A stretch of 63,402 bases of DNA, the filler included, from Calcarisporiella thermophila CBS 279.70 (lineage: Eukaryota; Fungi; Calcarisporiellomycota), in assembly GCF_041956535.1 (NCBI RefSeq). It is 12 parts of 11 records of this genome, joined end to end, with 100 filler letters (N's around TTAATTAATTAA, not from the genome) between each part and the next. Parts side by side here need not be neighbours in the genome. Positions count along the whole stretch, not along the records: positions 34,441 to 56,422 come from NW_027192197.1; positions 56,523 to 58,336 come from NW_027192231.1; 10 more parts are not named here. One strand, given 5' to 3'. Below, in pieces: positions 43,496-56,689 of this stretch. A program made the translations under genes and the position numbers. Below the pieces are notes generated by a model, which made no database searches, was not told the DNA's origin, and worked only from the letters and a program-made list of their open reading frames with translations. Numbering within the stretch: position 1 is the stretch's first letter; each line of letters starts with the position of its first letter.

Positions 43496-45710
43496 ATGGT
43501 CATTACTCGAAATTTTCAATTGTTTCATCGCCTTCGTACATTACCTACGCACCATATACGCGTTCGTGTACCATCTTTGAACCGATTTTCGCGTTCATAT
43601 ATATTATTCTTCTAAACTATATTCCTATAGAATCGCCTCGTATTATCATCTAGAATTAAGTCTAAAACAATCTACTTGCCACCTACGATACGTTATTATT
43701 CTTCAGATAGTGACCATTCCAAAGATAAGGCTTCTTCTGGAATGACACCAACATCGCAGCCCCTCTCGAATGCAGTAGAAAGCTATTGGAATGATATCGC
43801 GACCTACTTCCATGAACCAGGTTAAAGCGGACAATTCTCGACGAATTTTAATATTGTATACTGATGAGTGCAATTGGATAGGTTTTTTCCGTTTCAGCAG
43901 TGACCGTTCACAATCGGCTATTAAAGACACTGCTTTTATGCATAAGCTTCTTTCGAGTGCAATTGCTTCCCAGCGTGGACAGGGCGATTTGCTTCCCAGC
44001 GTTATAACAAGGAGTTGTTGTGAACTTTATGAGTCGTTAAACGATGTAAATATTTTTTCTCTGTTTACAAGTCATGCAAACCATCATCTGATAGTATGTC
44101 AATGTACTAGGAAGGAAAAATCGAATTTTTACGCATTTTAGCACGTGATTTTGGTTAGTATGGACTTCTTGCCACGTTAGTTTTTATCTAACACAATCAT
44201 AATATAGGTGTTCCGCGAGACAAGTCAGTAAACCTGGCGCAGGAATATATCAAAATTGCTCAGCAAGACCCTGTAAGCCCTTCGCAATTTCAATCTCTAA
44301 ATAGATCTTAACTGGGTTCCCAAAGTATTCAAAAGCAGCAATGCGAGCAGAACAAATATTACGGCATGCAATGTCTCCCTCTCACAATAAATTCTTTGAC
44401 CGTGTAAACCAACTCCCTGATGGAATGAAGTTTCTAGTGGATATGCGGGCGGATTTATTAGTAATTTCTCTCCTTGAAATATCATGTTTATATTGATTTA
44501 TAACTTTTATGGCGCCATAGAGATTCATTTCGTTGAATCGCGACGATAACTATCTTCCCATGCTTAGTAATTCTCTTAAAGAAAAGTTACAGGAGTGGCT
44601 GATTGGATTTTTAAAGCTGGAGAGAATTACGTGGAACTCTCCTGCAGTTGTCTTGGAAAAGGTTATAAGAAAAGTTAATCGTCAGAAATTAGTTTGCGTC
44701 GTATTTATGCTCAATCTTGCATACTTTTTCCAGATTTCCCAGTATGAGGCGGTACATGCTGTGAGCGACTTAGGAGACCTTAAGCGGTTAGATGTATTTC
44801 TTTTCGATAATAAGAGCACCCGAACACTAATTCTTTTCTCATCTTTATATTTGCTGTAGGCGGGTTGGCCCTGGACGCCGCGTCTTCGGGTTTTTCTTCC
44901 GCAATATGCCCAATGAGCCATTAGTATTCGTACAAGTTGCGCTTGTTCCTGAGATATCAAATAATGTACAAGAAATTCTTAATGCTCCATCTGTTCATCC
45001 AACCGCTGAGTCTATTCGCTGTGCAATTTTCTACTCCATCACAACACAAAAGGGCCTAACCGGCATTGAACTTGGTAACTTTTTAATCAAACGGGTAGTG
45101 CGAGATTTAGCGAACGAATTTCCACAGCTTCAGACTTTCTGCACTCTGTCTCCAATTCCTGGCTTTAGACGATGGTTGGAACAACTACCAAAAGCAGAGC
45201 TTCTAATTTCAAAGGAAAAAAGTACACTGCAGGATGCAGGGTTGACTATAGGCGATTTTGGGGTAGGAGATAAACATTAGTTTTAATTTCTCACTTTATT
45301 GCTTTCTCTAAATAAGTGTACTTGTGGGGGGGGGATGGTATATATAGGAACTGATTAAGAATAATGCTTGGGTTAAAGATGTTCACACAACTTCTATACT
45401 ACGCCCTATTTTGATGCGATTGTGCTCACGCTACATTCTAAAAGAGAAGCGTGGCGATCTAGCGCTTGATCCAGTGGCGAATTTTCATCTGCGTAATGGC
45501 GCATGCGCCCACCGCCTAAATTGGATGGCAGATACTTCGGTGAAGGGCCTTCACGAATCATTTGGAATCATGGTGAATTATAATTATTTGTTGAAACACA
45601 TCGAACGTAACAACCAGCGATACCTACTGGATGGAACGATTCCAGTCAGCTCGGATGACCCCGTACTGAACGAGCATTTGTGCGATAGGGTGATCAGAGT
45701 AGATGAATAG
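43496..45710 (+). CDS. MLYCD: Malonyl-CoA decarboxylase, multi-exon, divergent from UBP15
   Basis: LERITWNSPA, YEAVH, EPLVFVQVAL, FYSITTQKGLTGIELGNFLIKRVV, TLSPIPGF, DPVANFHLRNGA, GIMVNYNY. Confidence 0.9.
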
Positions 45711-46033
45711 AAAAAGCGTAGTCGTGCGAAAAGTGTATTTCACATTTTAGATCTTTTTATTGTTTATTATTTCCCTGCTTTACATATCTAATAATAAAAC
45801 TAGGATGTCTGTCAAATTTTTCCCAAACCTGCTTCTACTAAACTCTTTCGTTTTATTGGATAGGGCTAAGATTACAGTAAATCATTCAAAGAGGCAGTCA
45901 AATATCAAATATTTAAATAAAATTTCAAAATTGTCAATTATCGGTAATGAATATCATAGACCTTAGCCATTGTTCGCAGAAATTAAAGTAATTAAATATA
46001 AAATAACTTTTCAAAGCTCTACCATAAACTCTT

Positions 46034-48210
46034 CTAATCCCCTTTATACATGCTATATTTGCTTTCTTGTTCTCGCTTGTACCTTCGTCTCCCGTAATTT
46101 AATAAATCCATGTAGCTACCACTCCACATGATTAAGCACAGTACCACGATCGAGGCAATAGTGACGATGATGCAGATACGCCAAAGATACCAAATGCCTT
46201 CAGCTGCATCAAGCTCGGGGAAGCTTGTGAAGTTTGTACCGTACACTTGTTAAAAAAAAACGAAAAAGTATCGTTCTATAAGTAATTTTTTGTGAGTATT
46301 TAAGAGAGAAAACACATACCTCCTGCAATAAAAGTAAGAGGAAGGAAGATGATATTCAAAACGGAGAGAATACGCATGTCTTCTGAGGTTCTGTATGAAA
46401 TCGTATTGAAAATCTAACGGTAAGGAATAAAATACATATTCATGGTTATTCTCCATGTCCTATCCAATATTTTGCACAAAATCTTACCAAATTGATCAAA
46501 TTATCAGCCACCTTGTTTAAAGTCTCCAGCGCTTCTGTTACGCTCACAATATGGTCAAGGACGTCACAAAGATAGGTGCGTGCCGTATCGGATACCAATT
46601 TCAACTGTCCATGATCGCGTAGAGATTGAATAACTGCTAAAGTTGGAGCAATGGCCCTTTTTAATAACATTAGCTCTCCAGCTATAATGTGTAGTTCACG
46701 CGTGTACTAATGGAGAGGTATAAGCGTGAGGTTAGGTATAAGAGAAGGGGACAAACATGCGTGTACGTACTTTCATTCTTGGTTTCAGAAGTATTTTCCC
46801 CTCAAGTTCACAAATTTGCTCGCGGTATTTATCAACAATGGGCATACTGTGGTCAACCACTGCATCTATAATCGCTTGCATCAATAGTGTCGCGTCACTA
46901 GAATTTCGAAGTAATGTTTTCCGCTTTCGGAGGCGAGTTAATAATGGCCTTGTGATAAGCTGTCCAGAAGTGTTGAAAAATGTAATCAATGTGTTATCTA
47001 TTGGGTGACTACTTGTTAAATCTATCCTATTTTCTATTATTAACAAACTCATTGATAATTACCTATGGGAAGAACAAACATGAAGCATTGCTCAACCGAG
47101 ATATGCACTCTCTTTGAACGAAACTGCTCATGGGCTCTAGCGAGATGTCTTGATCTTTGTGAGATCTCGCTAGAGTGTAACGATATCCGGTGATTCGCCA
47201 TATTTCGCTGGAAAAATGATGAATGCATGGATGTGTCGCTATCTTTCTCGAGCTTAAGCAGATGTAAGCATAGGAAGAAGTGAAGCGGCTCTGCATAATA
47301 ATCTATCTTGGTACGTTGGGAGTGGAACACATCCTCAACCGCAAGTGGGTGTAAATCTGTAAAGAGGGCAGATTGAAGACACCAAGTTGAGTCCAAGTTA
47401 AAGTTCGATCATATCTAGGTTAGAGTGTTGAATTAGATCACGTACCGTAATTTAACGCGATGGATTTAACAACATCCCAGCTCAAACCGTTTACAGATAT
47501 CCATCTAACTTGCGACCACGGAGGGCGTTTCATGGCTAAAAAGACAGGTAAGGACTCGTTTATTAAATTATCATTCACTTGGATGCGCTCAGGACTGTAA
47601 TCGACCACTTGAATGTCGCATTTGCACTATATAGATCGAATTTTAATCAGTTATTAGTGAGTATATACAAAATGATAGATGACTTGGTATTCACAGATAC
47701 TGAGTAGTGATGGTAAAACTACCTTTTTTGTCATGAACATTTCGTCCATAGAATGTACATCTTCCCCTGGAGCGGCCCCGGGCTCCCATTCCGGAAATTC
47801 ACCTATTTAGTTAAGTAATTAGATTTCGAAAACAAGAAACTCCAATTATTTCTTTCTGGAGCTTACTGCTATCTCTCAGCAAGAGCAGTGTATCCGTGGT
47901 TGAGGTGACGCTGCAACTTCTTATCCTGCTGCGGGGCGTTTGAGATTGAAGTACATTTTCTGCGAAATGAGGTCTCAACATTGATGGACGCGGTGAATAG
48001 GAAGATGCTATTGCATTACAGGTTAACCATTTCCTGCTGGATTGGCTAATGGGCATAAATGTTACCTTGGAAAGTTGAGGTTTTTTCAGTACTTTCAGCA
48101 CCATCTTCCATAGTAACGTAAATGTCCGGGTCATGAGATGGTATTATCAGTTCAGGATATGGGCTTTTCCCATGGTATTGCGCTATATCCCCGCTGAGTT
48201 TCTCCTCCAT
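46034..48210 (-). CDS. CorA-family divalent cation transporter, multi-exon
   Basis: LHPLAVEDVF, LMQAIIDAVVD, YLCDVLDH, two C-terminal TM segments with YGTNF..FPEL. Confidence 0.85.
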
Positions 48211-49450
48211 CTTTGTGGAATGGATGTTAGAGATCAATGTGTGTGGAAATACTAGAAATATTCTATTTCACACAGAATAGGATGATCACTAATATTCGAA
48301 CTCATCCCCAATAAGATTTACCCAGGGTCCTACTATATTTATTTTTTGGTAACATGCCGAGGTTTTTTGTTCTTCATTAGCCCGATCTAAAATCGAAGAG
48401 CAAAAATTCAATTAGAATCGCTTCAGGTGGGAAAATATGTCTGATCGAGAAATTGGGCCGATTATGATTGTTTAATCCTCGGCTAAACTAATGTCCCTTC
48501 ACTTCTTCTCCCACAGATAATCTTCTATTTAAGCCTCGCGATCTACGCACGCGTATGCCTCTCGTCCTTGTTGCATGTATATTTACATCTATAAGTATAC
48601 ACGTGGGACCCTAACAAGTGATTCAAAAACAATACTCTTTATTTCAATATCTACCAAAGATCCAGGATGCCTTGGCTACGGCTTCTCACAATAGGAAAAT
48701 GTCAAAACATATCTTCACTTTGTACTTGATATGTACTTACCCTTGAACGAATGTAATTAAGTAAAGCTATATTTTTTATTAATTTTAACTTCCATTAGAT
48801 TTAAATGGCAATGCTGCATGGAATTCTCTCAACTAAAAGAATATCGAGAAAAAAATGACTACTATGAGTGCATTTGATTTTTCTATACCTAACTGAAGAG
48901 CATTTCATTTTTAACAAAATTAGCTTTGTTTAAAGATAGACACTTACTGCACACAGAAAGGGCTTTTTTATCTCCATCACACATACATCAAGATTTTTCA
49001 GTAGGCTGCTACAGTGAAAAAAGCTTATACACTTCGTGCAGTGAGACAAGGGAAGTTTGAGCCTAATGTGAAGACATATTCTTCCAGAGTCAACTTTGAA
49101 TGCTGACGGAGTATTTCCAACGTCTCGGCTACTATGGATACGAGGTCAGAGGTGCATGTACATAAAGCACAGGTTTATTGTAGAAGACAAGAAAAAGTGT
49201 GTTTGCATATTAGTCAATTAATATAAAGCATCAAAAATGAAATATTTGTTTATAAATCAGTAAATCCTAGTCATAACAGATCACTGATCCTATGTTGCCA
49301 ATGGGAAAAATCTGACAAAATAAGAAATTTAGCTCATGACTGACCGCTAATGAAATCGAGCCATAGTTGCATCCACAGAGCTAGAGGGACCTATGTGGAT
49401 AGCTGTAGCTAGGATCAATTAGGTTCAATTGCTACATCTCTCAATTCCAT

Positions 49451-51108
49451 CTAATGGATGATTGCATGGAAGCCAGAAGCAGCTGCACGAAGGATAGCAC
49501 AGCGTATGCATTCTCCCTCTCCGTTAATGTAACAGGTCTGTCGTAAAAAGGCCAATTCAATCATTGCAATTGCTCGGCCTCGTGGATTTTTGTCCGTGAG
49601 TATTAAGAGCAACTCCCGTCGCGATGCAGCCAACCAGGGCAAATACAGTTCACTCAGTGATGTTGGTCGCACCCATCGAGCCTCACAGCTCCAATTGCCT
49701 TTATGAGAACAAGGCCGACCCACGCACCACATGCCGGCATCATCAATGTGTAAGAAACGCTCCAGGGCTTCAGCCTCACTCCGACCATGTCTTCCAATTA
49801 TAGTCACGGCTCCACCCGCATCTGCCAATGCCATCTCTGCCCAAGCAGACTGGGGTGTGGTATCCTGGAGAGTAAGATGTACTCCCTCTCCGACTGATAC
49901 GTGACGAGGGCGTTGCCTCCATTCTTGCGGGTTTACTGGGAGTCGCCCCGGACTGAGATGATAGACTTTCAAATTCACTCGGTGGATATGCCCATGTCTC
50001 TTGGCACCAATTCCAATCCCGAAGGCTATCCCCAAAAGATAGGCATCCTGGGACGAAGCAATTCCACGACGCAAAATATGATACTCTTTCCCGGCTAATT
50101 TTCCAAGACCATTGCTAATGGCTGCGCAAATCAACGGCACACGCAGTAACTCATCAATGGCACTTGAGGGGCATCCCAGCCATTCTAAATCATTTCTTAG
50201 CTGGCGTTGACAAACTATGTCAAAGAATTTTACAGGTTTATCGTCGTGGCGTAATAAAACGACATCGGACTTTTCTGAGCAGAGTCCAATACATTGGCAT
50301 TGAGAAGCCTCGGTTAAAAACTGTGGAGAAGTGTGAGTGCCATTATCGTGGTGCCTCAGTACCCGAAGTAAGACCCTGGAACAATCCTTGACTGGGCCAC
50401 TGGGATTTTGAGATAACTCCCAGAATATTGGCACATGGATTTTATCGGAAATGTTCCTATCTTCAAGCTCCTGAAGAGGAGTTACCGACTCGAGAATCCC
50501 GGTTAGCCGAAGAAAATCGTAATGGCGGTTCAAATTAACCACAAATCCAGCATGCCCTTTCCCTCCCGATGCCACCCATTGAGCTAGAAGTGCAGCAATT
50601 ATCACTGGACCATGGCTGACACCCTTTTGCGCTATATCACACATCGTTCCGTATTCGACACGATCAATATCTGCACGATAGAAATACAAGTCCTGTGGGA
50701 TCGGAATTAGAATGTCTGAACTTAGCCATTGAGTTACTTCTCGGCAGGTCGGCTTTCCACAATCCATACATCCAATCGGGTAAATCCCATCTTTACACGT
50801 TGAGTCTACATTCTTCAGTACTCGACAGTCTTTCGTATTATGAATAGCCTCTCCAAGTTGTGCATGAATCCGTGCTAACACTCCTCCATGGCTGGATTGT
50901 TCAGGAGGATCAGATGTTTCTGCGTCTGATTCCCACGTTTTCTTTAGGATGTTTTTCTCATTCACAAGTCGCTTTTCAAATGAGAACACTTCGTTGGTGT
51001 CACGCAAGTGTCCATGCCAGCTGCATCTGCGAATAACCTTCATAACTTCATTTTGACTTTTAGGAAATGTGAGCATCTTCTCCAAGTATAGTCGTCGTAT
51101 TCCCCCCC
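49451..51108 (-). CDS. Hypothetical Cys/His-rich protein; long terminal exon, upstream exons unresolved
   Basis: More than 540 open codons preceded by a TTTCAG acceptor; ends ECIRCAILRAAASGFHAIIH. Confidence 0.6.
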
Positions 51109-52320
51109 TGAAAATAGGCTAACACTAACCAATTGGTCAACAAGGATATTAAAAAAAGGAAATGAAAATTATTAAAAAAGGTTATAAGCGGAGAGCAATG
51201 AAACATTTTTAAAGTTTCGCCATTTTCCCTCAACTTAACTCGGATCTATTTTTTCATTAGTTTGAAGAGGCTAGTCCTGATTCGGATCGAAAACCCAAGG
51301 GGGCGCCACGAAAGTAAATTTAAGAAAATCCCTGCTAAAGGTGGCGGTGGATTATGAATTCAGGAATCCAAGAGCAAGTCAGCCCATGGTTCGGTAAAAT
51401 ATTTCCAGAGGAACGCTCTAGCGAGGCTTGATTGACTCTCTTCCGAAGCATTTTACTCTTCTGCGGTTTTGAACCTGTATAGCCATGTCGGCTCTATAAA
51501 CAAGTTGACAGATAGTATTATTAGCTTTGCATCAGATATTCTTTCCTCTAGATTCGTATTGAGATCTCCTAAATCCTAAGCATTCATAAGCTCTATTTCC
51601 TCCTAGAGCTACCTTTGTTTAGATATAATAATTAAATGTTTTAGAGAGATCTAACATACGAAAACCAAGGATGTCTATCCTTTAAGTTATATGCCAATCT
51701 ATCACTTGTAATGCTGGAAAGAGAATCAGAACCAAAAGGTGGCTGTTAAAAATCATGCCGATGGCGCGGATATCGAGTCCGCGGAAATGAAGGAGCAAGC
51801 TTTGATAAAATTCTCTTGGTTTCCAAAAATATTCCCATCCTATGGCAAAAGAGAAAAGCTCTGGCAAAGGCAAGGAAGTGTAAAATACGCAAATCAGGGA
51901 TTTATGATATGAAAATCATGAAATAAGTCTATCGGCCAAATGCTAAAAAAAGTTCAATTAAAATCAAGAGGCTATGTCCAAGGCTGTGTTCGCTGTAGAC
52001 GAGATCTGACGCCCTTTAAGACTATATTTTTCGTAGTTGGGCGCTAACGGTGCTGATATATTTAATGTAGTTGATGAATTTCGTTGGAGTTAGCCTAAAT
52101 TGACGTATTGGTGTCAGACGGAAAGTGAACAGCAAATAAAATAACAAGTGATTGCCGGTGAAAGAAGAGGGATTAAGGCAAGCAAAAGTGTCTTGGCGCT
52201 CCTGAGGCGAATCACTCTACCACTCCTCAGGATCTTTTTTACCTCGTGAAACATTTATTGAGAAATCTCGAGGTAATCTGCTACCCTAAAATTGCACGGT
52301 AATATTTCCGGCCTAACATA

Positions 52321-53203
52321 CCCTACAAAAAACCCGTCTGGTGAAAACTGCTAGAAAACGTATAGGAGCATGTAGNNNNNNNNNNNNNNNNNNNNNNNNN
52401 NNNNNNNNNNNNNNNNNNNNNNNNNNNNNNNNNNNNNNNNNNNNNNNNNNNNNNNNNNNNNNNNNNNNNNNNNNNNNNNNNNNNNNNNNNNNNNNNNNNN
52501 NNNNNNNNNNNNNNNNNNNNNNNNNNNNNNNNNNNNNNNNNNNNNNNNNNNNNNNNNNNNNNNNNNNNNNNNNNNNNNNNNNNNNNNNNNNNNNNNNNNN
52601 NNNNNNNNNNNNNNNNNNNNNNNNNNNNNNNNNNNNNNNNNNNNNNNNNNNNNNNNNNNNNNNNNNNNNNNNNNNNNNNNNNNNNNNNNNNNNNNNNNNN
52701 NNNNNNNNNNNNNNNNNNNNNNNNNNNNNNNNNNNNNNNNNNNNNNNNNNNNNNNNNNNNNNNNNNNNNNNNNNNNNNNNNNNNNNNNNNNNNNNNNNNN
52801 NNNNNNNNNNNNNNNNNNNNNNNNNNNNNNNNNNNNNNNNNNNNNNNNNNNNNNNNNNNNNNNNNNNNNNNNNNNNNNNNNNNNNNNNNNNNNNNNNNNN
52901 NNNNNNNNNNNNNNNNNNNNNNNNNNNNNNNNNNNNNNNNNNNNNNNNNNNNNNNNNNNNNNNNNNNNNNNNNNNNNNNNNNNNNNNNNNNNNNNNNNNN
53001 NNNNNNNNNNNNNNNNNNNNNNNNNNNNNNNNNNNNNNNNNNNNNNNNNNNNNNNNNNNNNNNNNNNNNNNNNNNNNNNNNNNNNNNNNNNNNNNNNNNN
53101 NNNNNNNNNNNNNNNNNNNNNNNNNNNNNNNNNNNNNNNNNNNNNNNNNNNNNNNNNNNNNNNCGCTTTCTAGCAGTTTTCACCAGGCGGGTTTTTTGTA
53201 GGG
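52321..53203. mobile_element. CMC/En-Spm-like non-autonomous element spanning an assembly gap, 3-bp TSD ATA
   Basis: ~38-bp TIR CCCTACAAAAAACCCG(T/C)CTGGTGAAAACTGCTAGAAA, ATA on both sides. Confidence 0.8.
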
Positions 53204-53317
53204 ATAATTTATAGGAAATTACAAGGAAATGGGGGATCAAAAAAGGATAAAATATAGACTGGTGTATATTGAGACAGAAAGTACGACAATTTAACGAAAA
53301 TAATACATGCAACTAAC

Positions 53318-53607
53318 TTTTTTTGATCAATCAATGGAAACTTTATTGATTTTGCTATATTACATGAAGGTAATATCAATATAGCGAGATAAAGGACATG
53401 ATCGATGGGTGTGTATCGTTGTTACCTTGAATAACGGGTATGTAAAATCGATGTAAACAGTGTACTCTAGTAGAAGTGTTCTTTCCAGTAATAAAACTCA
53501 CAATTGATCAAGTGGACAGCAGTCACAAGCAGGGAGTACTGGTGGAGAAACGTTATTCGAGCTTACGCCGCTACCTTCGCTATCACTTGGTATACTACAT
53601 TATCAAA
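53318..53607 (-). mobile_element. Old, diverged SINE-A-related copy
   Basis: Colinear with 55780-56116 but with a degenerate head; same GATCAATCAATGGAAAC tail. Confidence 0.75.
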
Positions 53608-53619
53608 CCCTCTACGTGT

Positions 53620-55762
53620 TTTTTTTTTTGAGATTACAGGATCTTTATTGAAAAGTATCCTTTTTAGTAATAAAATGACTTGACAGTTCTCCGAAACAAG
53701 GAATACATGTACGTAATGGTAGAGCATGTGAATACCATCCTATTTTTCAAGGACGGTATTATACAAGAGAGAAAAAGAATATAAACAAACAAAAAAAAAA
53801 ATAAAAGGAAAAATTGGAATGCGGGTGTAGGGTATTTGGCAAGGTGGTATTGGAGCTAAGTGTTTTGGTTGAGGGATATTTCGTCTCCTTGGACTTGTAT
53901 CCAACTTCCCTTACACCAAAGCTCTTGGAAATCTTCTTATCCTTTATGGACGCTGACCACCATTTGGATCTCACGATTTTTTGCATTTCGTGACCTAGTT
54001 GTTCAGCGAGCGCTATTTCGCTTGGTTGGGCGTTATCCATTATTATCGATAATCTTGATCGATAGATGATCCAAATTGCTGCATCATGGACCGTTGACAT
54101 TACTTCCCGTTGGTAGCCCATGGTTTTGTAGTCTGTTCCAAATAGTCTGTCTTCCTTGGTTGACTCGTGGGCTCTCACTCCAAGAATGCGGCATACGAAG
54201 TTGTCTACCGTTTGCCATAACTGATTTATGGCCGGGCATTCCAGGTAAGCATGACAAATGGTTTCCACTGCGTTGGTTGTGCACCGCTTGCAAATATTAA
54301 GTTCTCCTGTCCACTTACTAGTGATGATGTTTGTCACCAATCTGTGTTTCAAGAGTCTCCATCTTTGTGTCCTATGCTTGGGTTCGCTTGGCCGCTTTTT
54401 CCAGTACATCCAAGCTACCTCCCAATTGATGGAATCGCTTGAGGTCTCTTTCCATTCCGGAGTGATATTCTCTCCTTTGCTTGTCTTGTAGAGCCTCCCG
54501 ATTTTGTGCGGAAGTTTTTGATCTTTGTGCCAGCTAGCACACATTTACCCAGCGGGAACGTGCATGGTCCTTCAATCTGTGGTATACCCTGTAGCAGGGC
54601 ATCAGCCAGTTGTGGGTTTAGTTGAATCTCTCATTTCCTCCAGTGCCACTGAAGAACTATGTAGCTGTCTCTGAATCGGCTGGAATATTGGTCGGAATAT
54701 CTCGCCACGTATTCATGGACTTCTGGTTCTACCATCGGTTTGTATGTATTAGTCCTTCGGTTGAGTTTAAGGAAGTCACCTAGTTTGACCAGTCCTACAC
54801 TTTCGCCTTTCGATTTTAATGGACATCCGCCCATTGTGAAGTAAGAGTTGTTGATTATGGCAAGAGAGAGCGTTTCTTCGATGTTGAATTTCTGGGTGAG
54901 ATCTAATTTGCCGTCCAGTCTTCTCCATACTCTCAGTAGGTGGGGCCATATTCCATCTGTTCGGATGAGCTTGCGTTGTGTGTACTGCGTTGCCAGAATA
55001 CCCATTCCCATTCCAGCTGGAGCGTAGAACTTTTTGAATATGTGTATGGTGAGTTGCACCTAAATTGGGCGGATTCCCGTAGACATTGCTGTAGCCATTC
55101 TTTGAAACCACGTGGCCAGTATCGCGTCGGTTTGATATTTCGGGTTAATGAATCCCAGGCCTTGTCCTGATGGTTGTTGGAGGATTTCCATAGATATCTG
55201 TGGGCGCCTTCCTCCCCAGATAAAGCTCCTTATGATCTTGTTCACGCACCTTAGGAATTTTGGTGGAGGAGGTATAAGTTGAGATATGTACCATAGTTTA
55301 GAGAGCAGGCGGGAGTTTACAAGATGGACTTTTCCTATCAGCGATAGGAAAAGTTGCTAGCCTGTCGTGCCTTGATCAGACGGTGAAAGTATCTCGTTGA
55401 TTTTTCCCCTTGTTCTGTCCATCTGGCTCGACTTTGAATCCTTCTTGCCTCTATTCTTTGGTTGATGAAGGACCTTTGTTCTTCCAGGAGCCGTTCACGC
55501 TCTTCTTCCATTTCTGGAGTTCACGGTGGGCCTAATTTATCGATGTCTGTGATCTCTTTCTTGTTTATCATTTGTCGTTTTTCCATGCTTTGCTTGCGTC
55601 TAGTAGCGTAGGCAACGGTGAATGTTTTGAACTTCTCCTTAGCTTTTTCTCAGAACGCTGTTGGCTCCTTCTTAGGCGATGGCTTTTCCGTTTGTAATAT
55701 CTCCCAAAATTTAACTATTCCTTTCCTATAGTCTTCCTCGCTCAAGAGTGAGGTGATTAGTT
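53620..55762 (-). mobile_element. L1/Tx1-like LINE family B; 5'-truncated and lacking the RT core; TSD CCCTCTACGTGT
   Basis: Linker motif RARWTEQGEKSTRYF is joined to LIGKVHLVNSRLLSKLWY, followed by zf-RVT CKRC..ETICHAYLECP and polyA. Confidence 0.88.
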
Positions 55763-55779
55763 CCCTCTACGTGTAGCAG

Positions 55780-56116
55780 TTTTTTTTTTGATCAATCAAT
55801 GGAAACTTCTATTTAATTTCCATATATTACATGAAGTTAATGTCAATGGATTTAACATAACGAGATATAGGTCCTTGATCGATAGACGTTCAATCTATAT
55901 GCGTGTATCGTAGTTGACGTGAATAGCATGTACGTGAAACCAATGTAATCTTTGTACTTATCGTAAGGGCGATCTTTTCAATAATCAAGACTCAGCTTCT
56001 GATCAAGTGGATAGCAGTCACAAACTAAGAGTAAGTGCTGGTGGGGGAAGTGGGATTCGAACCCACGCCGTTCTCATCGGCATCCCAGGGATAGTCCACT
56101 ACACTAACCCTCCCCC
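55780..56116 (-). mobile_element. tRNA-derived SINE family A, full length, 17-bp TSD
   Basis: CCCTCTACGTGTAGCAG at 55763-55779 and 56117-56133; A and B boxes; polyA. Confidence 0.92.
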
Positions 56117-56134
56117 CCCTCTACGTGTAGCAGA

Positions 56135-56422
56135 TTTTTTTTTTGATCAATCAACGGAGACTTTTATTAGTTTCCGTAGCTTACAAGAGTTTAATGATTA
56201 CAATGAAATAAGAAAAGGGGGGAATAAAGGGTAAATTAGATGTATATAGTGATCGGGTATTTGGTGAAAGGTATGAAGTAAAGAGGAGGGGAGGAGGGAA
56301 AGAGCGGATTGGAAGAGAGGAAGGGTTGCTTCGCCACTCCAGTTTTAGTCTTGCTCTATCCGAACTTTCTATTACCGCTCCCTGACTGCACCACCTTCTT
56401 CGGAATAGCTCTATCTCGCGTT
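56135..56422 (-). mobile_element. LINE family C 3' end
   Basis: Near-identical to 62528-62810. Confidence 0.9.
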
Positions 56423-56607
56423 NNNNNNNNNNNNNNNNNNNNNNNNNNNNNNNNNNNNNNNNNNNNTTAATTAATTAANNNNNNNNNNNNNNNNNNNNNN
56501 NNNNNNNNNNNNNNNNNNNNNNAGGGACCTAAGTCCAAGTCTCTGATACGCTGCGCCATCGATCCAAATTGTATTAATTTTCTCTAGGCAAACCTAACCT
56601 AGCAGAA

Positions 56608-56689
56608 GACAGCTTGTCCGAGTGGTTAAGGAGTGTGACTAGAAATCACATGGGCTCTGCCCGCGCAGGTTCGAGTCCTGCAGCTGTCG
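56608..56689 (+). tRNA. trnS-AGA: tRNA-Ser(AGA)
   Basis: GACAGCT/AGCTGTC acceptor, TGTGA-CTAGAAA-TCACA anticodon arm, long variable arm. Confidence 0.95.

Noticed and set aside
52323-53312. ORFs spanning the N gap
   Set aside because: Artefacts of translating N.
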